Source: Glaucostegus cemiculus | Taxonomy: Eukaryota | Length of the DNA: 64,000 nucleotides | Direction of reading: 5' to 3' | NCBI GenBank assembly: GCA_976551045.1 | Contig: CDPCPM010000213.1 | Coordinates: 2,914,001-2,978,000, forward strand | Shown: positions 54,056 through 64,000 of the stretch, in pieces | Layout of the letters: each line of letters opens with the position of its first letter | How positions within the stretch are numbered: position 1 is the first letter of the stretch | Notes under the pieces: model-generated | Seen by the model: only the letters and a program-made list of their open reading frames with translations | The model's database searches: none | Told to the model about the DNA's origin: nothing | Program-made: the position numbers and the translations under genes

Positions 54056-54489
54056 CAAGGGAAAAAAAGCAAGGGAACAAAACAACAATAACCAGGCTGA
54101 TGTTTTCTTTCTTTAGGAAATATGCAAATAACCATATAACCTAAAAATGTTTTATTTCTTTTGTGAAATAAAACTTTAACAGTCATGCCAAAGAACAAGA
54201 TGAGGTGGAGCTGCACGAGTTCTCACATTCAAATAGTTTCTGAAAGAGACACCGCCCTTAAAACATAAGTCCTGCAAATTTATTTGTGATTAAATATCAA
54301 AATCTCTTGCTTAACCATATCCTGTCTGCTAGAATATAAGACTAATTCTTCCAGACATAGACTTAACAAACACCTAAAGTATCTTTACTTTTTATTCCTT
54401 CCCTTCGTGTCTCTCTTTTTCTTTCTCTTCCTCCTTCTCCCTCCCTGTCTCATTCTCTCTGTTTCATTCTTTCTCTGTCTCACTTTAGG

Positions 54490-55140
54490 ACACAGAACAT
54501 AACACAGGAACAGACCCTCTGTCTCACGCTGTTGTGCTGAACTAATTAAACTAGTAATTAAATCCCAAACTAAACTAATCCATTCTGCCTACACAATATC
54601 CATATTCCTCGATTTTCTGCACATTCACATGCCTATCCAAGAGCATCTTAAATGCCCTGATTGTATTTGCCTCCACCATCACCCCTGGAGAGCATTCCAG
54701 GCACCCACCCCTCTGTGTAACAAACTTGCCCCACACATCTTCTTTGAACTTACTCCCTCTCACCTTGAATGCATGCCCTCTAGTAATAGACACACCTGGG
54801 AAAAAGATTCCGTCCGTCTAGTCTGTCTGTGCCTCTCATAATCTTATAAATGTCTATCAGGTTTCCCCTCAGACTCCATGGCTCCAGAGAAAACACCCCC
54901 CACTTTGTCCAACCTCTCCTTATAGCACATGCCCACTAATTCAGGCAGCACCCTGGTAAACCTCTTCTGGACCCTCTCCTAAGCCTCCACATCCTCCCTA
55001 AAATAGCACAACAGAAATGAATGCAATACTAACCAGAGTTCTATAAAGATGCGACATAACTTCCTGACTCTTAAACTCAAATGCCTCGACTAATAAAAGC
55101 AAGTATGCCATACACCTTCTTTACCACCTATCAACCTGTG
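54490..55140 (-). mobile_element. CR1 LINE 3' fragment
   Basis: ITRGHAFKVRGSKFKEDV.GKF.TQR. Confidence 0.8.
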
Positions 55141-56269
55141 CAGCTCTTTCTGTCTCACTGTCCCCATCTCCGTGTGTCGCCTTTTCTCTGCATCTCTCTC
55201 TCTCTACCCGTCTCTCTCCTTGTGCACATCAAGAGAATCTGATGCTACATTTTACAGAGAATTCACACACTTTAAATGTTAAAATGCATGACTGGCTCTC
55301 AAGAGTCAAACAGACAATATGGCTTAAAAAAAACAATCATGCATACTTCAAGTAGATTTCAAAATATCAAGGCTCTACAATGAAAGAAGGCTTTGTTATT
55401 GATCACACAAACACATTCAAAGATCTCATGTAAATCAAATCTTCAAAAACCTCCCAAGCTGTCCCATTTTCCAATAACTGATCTATGACAGAATCCATTT
55501 CATAGGGCATGCTTGTTCTACAATCAGGGCAATGTGGTCTCTCTTCTCATAACTGAAATACTTTCTTTCAGATCTATTATTTATTTCAAATGCTTCTTGC
55601 TTCCAGTTATGTGTGGGATAAGTATTATTATTTTTCCTTAACTGGCTTTAACTCCTAGAAGTTTTCAGATTATAGATATCTTTCCAGTGCTGATGGTGAG
55701 AGTGGGGAGAAGTTTGTAATACTTGTCTTCCCAGAACACTAAATTGGTGAAATGACCCAGGTAATTTATTCCTATTCAAATATAACATTGGAAATCTTCT
55801 CCTTTAGTGGGTAATTTCTCTGTTTGCAATTGAGAATATACAGTTGAAGTTAGTCAACTGCACATTTCATGTTATTCAGGCACCCTGGAAACACTTTACT
55901 ATCCAATAGAGTACATCCTAACTACTTTGATAATTCCAGATACATTTCCTGGAGTATCACAGAAATATCACAATATATTTTACCATTGTCCTGTCTTTAT
56001 TTTCAAAATCCAAAATCTCAACATTTCTAATTCATGTTGTTGAAGTTCTATTTTTATTCTTGTCAAAGTGTGCTATTTTATTTGATAAATTCTTAGATTA
56101 CCAGAAACCAGGAGGAAAAAATTTCAACTAGACTGCCAAGCTGGTGTTTTCTTTCTTTCGGAACCTTTGACAATAACTGTGAACTTTAAAACAAGTTTGC
56201 ATGGTGAAGTTAAGCCTTAACACTACAGCAGATATCTTCAAATAGTAAACCAACAAGGACTATACACTA

Positions 56270-57420
56270 GAACATAGAACAGTATGGGCCCTTCAGCCCA
56301 TGATGTTGTGCTGACCTATGCAAACACCATCTCCTTGATCAATCTTGACCCTTCCATTCTACTCAGCACATGCCCCTCCATTTTCCTTACATCCATGTGC
56401 CTATCTAAGAGTATTTTAAATGTCCCTATTGTATCAACCTCTACCATCACCACCGGCAGTGTGTTCCAGTCACCCACTACTGTGTGTGAAAACCCTACCT
56501 CTGACATCTCCCCTAAACTTTCCTCCTTTGACCTTAAAGTGATGTCCTCTGGTATTAGCCATTGCCACCCTGGGAAACAGGTGCTAGCTGTCCACTCTAC
56601 CTATGCCCCTTATAATCTTATACACCTCTATCAATTTGGCTCCCATCTTCTGGCACTCTAAAGAGAAAAGCTCTCGTTCACTCTACCTTTCCTCATAAGA
56701 CATGTTCTCTACTCCAGGCAGCATCCTGGTAAATCTCCTCTGCACCCTCCCTAAAGCTTCAACATCCTTCCTATAATGAGGTGTCCAGAACTGAACTAGA
56801 TCTAAGTGTGGTCTAACCAGAGTTCTATAGAGCTGTAACATTACCTTGCAGCTATGAACTCAATCTCCCAACTAATGAAGACCAGCACACCATATGTCTC
56901 CTTAACCACCTTATCAACTTGCATGGCAACTTTGAGGGATCTCTGGACTGGAACCCCAAGATCCCTCTGTTTCTTTTCACCGCTCAGAATCCTGCCATTA
57001 ACCTTGACCTCTGCCTTCAAGTTCGATCTTCCAAAGTGCAACATTTCACACTGCATCCTGTCTATATCCTGTTGTAACCTACTACAACTTTCTACACTAT
57101 CCACAACACCTTCAACCTTAGTGTCAGCTACAAACTTACTAACCCACCTTTCCAAATCTTCATCCAAGTCATTTATAAAAATCACAAAAAGTAGGGGTCC
57201 CAGAACAGATCCCTGCAGAACACCACTAGACACCAACCTCCAGACAGAATATGCTCCATCTACTACCGCCTTCTGCCTTCTGTGGGCAAACCAATTCCGA
57301 ATCCACAAGGCCGAGTTTCTATGAATCCCATGCCTTGTGACTTTCTGGATGAGCCTACCATGGGGAACCTTGTCAAATGCCTTACTAAAATCCATACACA
57401 CTACATCCACCTTCATCAAT
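56270..57420 (-). mobile_element. CR1 LINE RT plus 3' end
   Basis: [20 protein letters not shown]...[20 protein letters not shown]...; agaacatagaac tail. Confidence 0.9.
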
Positions 57421-57429
57421 TTGTTTTAA

Positions 57430-57681
57430 TTTTCTTTTAAATTTTATTTTACGGTGTGGTATCAAGCCCTTTCAGCCCAACGAGTCTGCGCTGCCCCTTT
57501 TAAACCCCAAAATTAACCTACCCGTACGTCTTTTAGAATGTGGGAGGAAACCGGAGCACCCAGAGGAAACCCACACAGACACAGGAGAACGTATAAACTC
57601 CTTACAGTCAGCGACGGGAATCGAACCTCGATCACTGGCGCTGTAACAGCATCACACTAACCGCTACACTATGGTGCTGCC
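57430..57681 (-). mobile_element. V-SINE with CR1-type tail, apparently inserted in the CR1 copy
   Basis: Minus strand ggcagcaccatagtgtagcggttag...gaggttcgattccc...ggtttcctcccacattc...gactcgttgggctgaaagggc plus A-rich end. Confidence 0.8.
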
Positions 57682-57779
57682 ATTTTGTCACCTAATTGAT
57701 CACATTGATCTACCCCAGCAATTGTGGGTGATGATGGGGTTCAAAGCTAACTCTTTTAAACAGGCTTCAGAAGCCACAA

Positions 57780-58357
57780 GGTGATGTTACAGCCCTATAG
57801 AGCTCTGGTTAGGCCACACTTGGAGTATTGTGTTCAGTTCTGGTTGCCTCATTATAGAAAGGATGTGGAAGCTTTAGAGAGGATGCAGAGGAGATTTACC
57901 AGAATGTTGCCTGGATTGGAGAGCATGTCTTATGAGGATAGGTTGAGCGATCTAGGGCTTTTCTCTTTGGAGAGGAGGAGGATGAGAGGTGACTTGATAG
58001 AGGTGTACAAGATGATAAGAGGCATAGATCGAGTGGGCAGTCAGAGACTCTTTCCAAGGGTGACAATGGCTAACATGAGGGGGCATAATTTTAAGGTGAT
58101 TGGAGGAAGGGATAAGGGGGATGTCCGGGGTAAGTTTTTTCCACAGAAAGTGGTGGGTGTGTGGAACACACTGCCTGCAGAGGTTGTGGGGGCAGATACA
58201 TTAGGAACATTTAAGAGACTCTTAGATAGCCACATGAATGATAGATAAATGGGGGCTATGGGAGGGAAGGGTTAGATAGATGTTAGAGCAGGATAAAATG
58301 TTGGCACAACATTATGGGCCAAAGGGCCTGTACTGTGCTATAATGTTCTATGTTCTA
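57780..58357 (+). mobile_element. CR1 LINE 3' fragment
   Basis: ORF 57781-58248 [26 protein letters not shown]...; (tgttcta)n tail. Confidence 0.9.
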
Positions 58358-58364
58358 CGTCTGC

Positions 58365-58710
58365 TTCACCATTTGATCATGGCTGATTTATTTTTCACTC
58401 TGAACCTCATTCTCCTGCCTTCTACCCATAATCTTTGATGCCCTTACTAATCAAAAAGCTATCATCCTCCACTTTAAATACACCCAGTGACTTGGCCTCC
58501 ACAGCCATCTGTGGCAATGAATTCCACAGATTCACTACCCTCTGGCTAAAGAAATTCCTCCTCATCTCTGTTCTAAAGGGACATCCTTCTAGTCGGAGGC
58601 TGTGCCCTTTGCTCCTTGACTCTCCCATTACTGTAAACACCTCCACGTCCACTCTATCCAGGCCTTTCAATATTTGGTAGATTTTAATGAGATCATCCCT
58701 CGTTCTTCTA
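58365..58710 (-). mobile_element. CR1 LINE 3' fragment (same family as 10845-11436)
   Basis: RRNFFSQRVVNLWNSLPQMAVEAKSL. Confidence 0.85.
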
Positions 58711-59570
58711 AAAATACAGTGTAAAGTGTCACAGCTACAGAGAAAGTGCAGTGCATTGAGGTTCAAGGTCACAACAAGGTAGATCATGAGGTGATAGACC
58801 ATCTCATTGTATAAGGGAACCGTTCAATAGTCTTATCACAGTGGGATAGAACCTGTCCTTAAGTCTTGTGCTATATGCCCTCAGACTCCTGTATTTTCTA
58901 CCTGATGGAAGATGAGAGAAGAGAGAATGACCCGGGCAGGAGGGGTCTTTGATTATGCTGGCTGCTTCACCAAGGCAGCGAGGGGTAAAGATAAGAGTCC
59001 AAGGAGGGGAGGCTGGTTTCCGTGATGCGCTGGCCTGTGTCCACAACTCTGTGCAGTTTCTTGCGGTCCTGGGCAGAGCAGTTGCCATACCAAGCCATGA
59101 TGCATCAAGATAGGATGCTTTCTATGGTACATCGCTAAAAGTCAGTGAGCGTCAAAGGGGACATACTGAATTTCTTTAGTCTCCTGAGGAAGTAGAGGCA
59201 CTGGTGAGCTTTCTTAGCTGTGGCATCTACGTGATTTGACCAGGACAGGCTATTGGTGATGTTCACTCCCAGGAACTTTAAGCTCTCAATCCTCTTGACC
59301 TTAGCACCGTTGATGTATACCACCCCCTTTCCTGAAGTCAATGACCAGCTCTTTTGTTTAGTTGACACTGAGGGAAAGGTTGTTGTCATGACGCCATGCC
59401 ACTAAACTCTGTCTCCTTCCTGTATCCCGACTGGTGTTTGAGATTTGGCCCACAATGGTGGTATCATCTGCAAACTTGTAGATGGAGTTAGAACAAAATC
59501 TGACCACACAGTCATGAGTGCATAGGGAGTAGTGTAGAGGACCGAGGACGCAGCCTCGTGGGGCACCAAG
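58711..59570 (-). mobile_element. Rex1/Babar-like LINE fragment
   Basis: GAPRGCVLGP.HYSLCTHDC...KFADDTTIVG; [15 protein letters not shown]; same family as 13822-14851. Confidence 0.85.
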
Positions 59571-60586
59571 ATTCAAGATTGCTTTATTGTCATTGAGCCA
59601 TTGAGACAACAGAATGAGATTTCATTGGCAGTCCCGTGTCAGACAATAGGCACAATACTTAAATATTAAATAAATAGAGAATAAATTAAGTTAGAGTTTA
59701 CACTGTAGGGTTTACTTGATGTATTAGGGGGAGAGAGAGAAGCAAGAAAGAGCTAGTGCAATCTGTGAAATTTAAAGTCCTTGTTTAAGATTTTCACAGC
59801 GTTGGGGAAGAAGCTATTCCTCAATCTGACCAGTGTTGAGAATAATCGTGCTGGAGGTATTGCTGCCTATCCTCACTGATTGTGGTCTGTTGGTCAGAAA
59901 GTCAAGGATCCAGTTACAGAGGGAGGTGTTAAATCCTAGGTCTCGGAGTTTGGTGATGAGTTTGCTTGGGATTAGAGTATTGAAGGCAGAGCTGTTATCA
60001 ACACCTTAAACACCTCTATTATATTTGACTTCACTACCACACCCACCTCTATGTGTAAAAACTGGCCCTGCCCATCTCCTTTGAACTTACATCCTTGAGT
60101 TCACTCTGTCACTTGTTCTCACAGATTCTGTTCCTTAAAGAGCCGCAAAACAAACTGGAAGTTAATCAATAATTAAAAGGAACTTTCTGTCAGGTCATGT
60201 CTAACAAATAAAGATTCCTTCAGTATTAACAATAACTGAAGGAAAATTTTGAGGAGATTTTCTGAATGACACCACTAAGTGCAAAAGAGAGCTCAAGGGA
60301 TTCTTGCAACAGGTTTAATTCAAGCCGACATAATAAATCGCAGCTTCTGCTGATGTGAGTGGTTACGTGATGATATTGAATGTACCATCTGAGAGCTCTA
60401 AACTTGTCAAGACTTTTAAGTTCTATCTGGCATAAGTATCTACGAGAACCCTCACAATAAGGAGATTATACCGTACCAACCTGCACTTCAGGAACCAGTT
60501 TACTTTGCCATTTTAGTCTCTGTGGAAAGGTTTAGCTGTCAATAATCACTGTTTTGAGCAGTAGGTCCCTCTGTGGAGCAGTAGCA

Positions 60587-61290
60587 GGCAGACATGGTAG
60601 AGTAGTGGTTAATGTAACGCTATCACAGCGCCAGAGATGGGTTCAATTCCTGTCACTGTCTGTAAGGAGTTTGTATGTTCTCCCTGTGTCTGCATGGTTG
60701 TCCTCCAGGTGCTCTGGTTTCCTCCCACATTCCAGGGATGTACAAGTTAGGAAATTGTGGGCATACTATGTTGGAGCCAGAAGCACAGTGACACTTATGG
60801 GCAGCCCCTGTCACAATGTTGATTGAAGAGCAAGCTCACAGAGAACCCAAATGCAGCACACTGGTACAAGACTGGAGTCAGGATACTTCCTCAGGACCAG
60901 ACACAGGCAGCAACTGGAAGGAATTTGGCCTCAGAGATCTGAGTAGTAATCCCCAACACAAACTGAATGTTCAAGCAGGAATAGAGAACACAGGACTACT
61001 CTAGAGTAGACCACTCTAAGCAGCAAGGAGCCAAAGGTTGACCAATCCTGTGGTAACTAGTGCTAGAGAAACCCAGGTACTTATGCTAGGCCCCTGATGG
61101 GGCTCAGGTGTGTGTCATTATGCAATCAGTCCATGTGCTGCACAATGAGGCATCCAAGGAACCAAATCAAGGGCCAGTACTCAGAATCATGACAGCCCCC
61201 GGAACACTCTACGCAAAAAGATGCATTTCAGTGTGTGTTTCAATGTACATGTGACGAATAAAGATATCTTATCTTATCTCTTATCTTATC
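60587..61290 (+). mobile_element. V-SINE with (TCTTA)n tail, split by a solo LTR
   Basis: 60587-60808 plus 61195-61290 rejoin into a copy collinear with 40246-40541. Confidence 0.85.
60809..61194 (-). mobile_element. Solo LTR (386 bp), Gypsy-like
   Basis: TGTCA...TGACA termini; 5-bp TSD GCCCC at 60804-60808 and 61195-61199; interrupts a SINE. Orientation inferred. Confidence 0.8.
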
Positions 61291-61924
61291 CTCCCAACCA
61301 AGGAGAAGGTACTTCTAGCTAATGAAACCGTTTAAGCACAATGTATTTTATTTTAAGTGAGGCTTAATTTAATTCTATTAAGTAATTCTTAATAATGACT
61401 GGTAACTTACAAACACAAGTATAGTTCTTATAAGCTAAAAAGTTATACCAACAAGTTGAGGATGAACAAGTTGTCCATCGCAAAAACCAAAGACTGGGGA
61501 ATGAGTCCTAGGTCTTCTTTCTCTAACCCCTTCTCTCTGTCATTCCCCCTACTCTGACTGCTTTCTAATATTCATACTGTTTTTTCACTTAGTTGACATT
61601 AATGGCATGTGATGTTTTTTCAACTACATTTCCAGCCCAGGTGACTAGAGTGTTCAATTAGTTAAATGTAGATCCCATTGTTCTCTTGTTTATGTAAAGA
61701 GGCTGAGCAGTGAATATTGGTTAGAAGTTTAACCCAGCAAACAACAAACATCTTGAGCCTTGGACAATTTCTGCTGTTTTTACAAAAAGGGATTTTAGCC
61801 AATGAGCAACCACTTCTTGACCTTTGGACAGGTCATCCTGCTGTGCTAAAAAACTGAGCTTAGCAATGAGCCTTTTTGGGGCCTGGAAAGTGAATATCCA
61901 TCACAGTTACACAGCACGAATTTA

Positions 61925-63045
61925 AACATAGAACATAGCACAGTACGGGCCCTTTGGACCATGATGTTGTGCTAACCTATTTCAACACCTGCTCCCTGAT
62001 CATTCTAACCTTTTCCTCCTACTCTGCCCATACCCTTCCATTTTCCTTATATCTTTGTGCCTAGCTAAGAGTCTTTTAAATGTCCCTGTTGTATCAGCCT
62101 TTACCACCACCCCCAGAAATGCATTCCTGTCACCCACCACTCTCTGTGTGAAAACCCTACCTCTGACATCTCCCATAAATGTTCTTCCTTTGACCTTAAA
62201 CAGATGTCCTCTGGTATTGGCCACCACCACCCTGGGGAAAATGTGCTGGATCTCCACTCTGTCTATGCCCCTCATAATCTTATACACCTCTATCAATTAG
62301 CCTCTAATCCTGATTTGCTCTAAAGAGAAAATCCCTAGTTTGCTCAACTTTCCTCATAAGACATGTTCTCTAATCCAGGAAGCAACCTGGTAAATCTCCT
62401 CTGCACCATCTCTAAAGCTTCAACGTCAGTCTTCCAATGAAGTGACCAGAGTTGAACACAATACTCTAAGTGTGGTCGAACCAGAGTTTTATGGAGCTGC
62501 AACATTACCTTGCGGCTCTTGAACTCAGTCCCCCAACTAATGAAGGCCAGCACACCATATGCCTTCTTAATCACTTTATCAACTTGAGCAGCAACTTTGA
62601 GGAATCTATGGACGTGGACCCCAAGATCCCTCTGTTCCTCCACACTGCTAAGAATCCTGCAATTAACCCTGTACTCCACCTTCAAGTTCTTTCTTCCAAA
62701 GTGTATCACTTCACACTTTTCCAGATTGAATTCCATCTACCATTTCTCCACCCAACACTGCATCCTGTCTATATCCCATTGTAACCTACAACAACCTTCT
62801 ACACTATCCACAACACCTCCAACCTTCATGTCATCTGCAAACTTACTAACCCCTCCCTCCACTTCCTCATCCAATCCATTTACAAAAATTACAAAGAACA
62901 GGGGTCCCAGAACAAATCTTTGGGGAACACTACTACTCACCAACGTTCAGGCAGAATACTCTTTGCCTTCTGTGGGCAAACCAATTCTGAATCCATGAAG
63001 CCAAGTCTCCATAGATCCCATGCCTCATGACTTTCTGGATGAGCA
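61925..63045 (-). mobile_element. CR1 LINE RT plus 3' end
   Basis: VLGPLFFVIFVN...SKFADDMK...MEFNLEKCEVIHFG...[14 protein letters not shown]; acatagaacatag tail. Confidence 0.9.
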
Positions 63046-63169
63046 AATTGCAAGCTTACTCAGAGTTAGAAAGAAATAGTTAATTATAGAGGATTTAATG
63101 TTTTATGAAGCCTATCTACTAGCAGTTTCACTTTCATTCTCCATCCAACCATCACATTGACCTGTATGT

Positions 63170-64000
63170 GTCAATTGACCAGTGCTTCTGCTGCATTATT
63201 CTTTTCTTTCCTGTCCCCTTGTATTCCATGTCCCATTGTCTCCTTGCTGGTATCTTCTGTGCCTTCTTCCTCTTCACCACCTGCCATTCTCTTCCATATC
63301 CCTCCTCCACTCTTCCTTTGACTCCTCCTCTTGGGGAGGGGGCTGGGGGTCTGTGGCTAGGGGTTAGGGGCTCAAGGCGGTTGGTCTTTCCTCACCCCTT
63401 GGTCTCTTCTGAGGCCCCTGTGCTGGTGGGGTGTGTGTCAGTGTCCCTCCAGGTGTTGTTGGTGCTTGCACCCCTTCTTATTGCCTGTGCATAGTACAGG
63501 CTCGTTTTGGGCAGGCCTTGTAGAGGTGGCCTGCTTCCCTGCACAGGTTGCAACATTTGCCTTCCCGACAGTCCTTCGTGTGGTAACCTTCCTGCTTGCA
63601 GTTCTTACAGATGTCTGTGCTGCACTGGGCCACCACATGTCCAGGTTTGTTGCAGTTGTGACACACCCTGGGTTGTCCCGTGCACACCATGTACCCACGG
63701 TTCCCTCCAATGGCAAACACTGAGGGAGGGGTGGATGATGGATCCATTGGCTTCCACTCTCACCTTGACCTTCACCTGGTGCTTGCTGGTCTAGATCCTG
63801 AACAGGTCTTTGATGTTGATGCAGCTTCCCACTCCATCTATGTACTGAGCCAGGGAGGTGAGGACATCCACCACAGGCACATGTGGGTTAAACATGTGCA
63901 CCGTTACCATACATTCCTTCTGGGTAGGGAGGGTGAAGAGTGGCTGCACCTTCAGCAGTGACAGCGGAGCTTCATTCCCCTTCTCTCGAAAGTCCTGCAG
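63170..64000 (-). mobile_element. Tx1/L1-type ORF1 (ZCCHC3-like, three CCHC knuckles), disrupted; continues beyond the window
   Basis: ...VTVHMFNPHVPVVDVL...DLFRI*TSKHQVKV...[frameshift]PPSVFAIGGNRGY...GQPRVCHNCNKPGHVVAQC...CKNCKQEGYHTKDC...CNLCREAGHLYKACP. Confidence 0.75.

Overview
Eukaryotic, AT-rich, repeat-dense vertebrate DNA; the repeat families look like those of a cartilaginous fish (inference). Two convergent protein-coding genes are supported. (1) On + strand, the last two coding exons of an Abl-interactor (ABI) family gene: proline-rich exon 1296-1424 and SH3 exon 2818-2981. (2) On - strand, a complete 11-exon all-trans-retinol 13,14-reductase family gene (CDS 46113->9662, 1818 nt, 605 aa, all introns GT-AG and phase-compatible) that looks like the retsat-like paralog. 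The rest is introns and intergenic DNA filled with mostly decayed retroelements: CR1, Rex1/Babar-like, L2, RTE, L1/Tx1, Penelope-like (GIY-YIG remnant plus hammerhead-like termini), a Vingi-like fragment, several tRNA-derived SINEs and a solo LTR nested in a SINE. Notable oddities are a ~286-bp intronic fold-back repeat, a duplicated ABI splice acceptor that could form a poison exon, a young TSD-flanked L1 insertion, V-SINEs with swapped tails and an HNF1/HNF4/GATA motif cluster before the retsat-like ATG. I found no convincing wholly new biological system. Repeat boundaries are by eye and approximate; exon, TSD and motif coordinates were read base by base.
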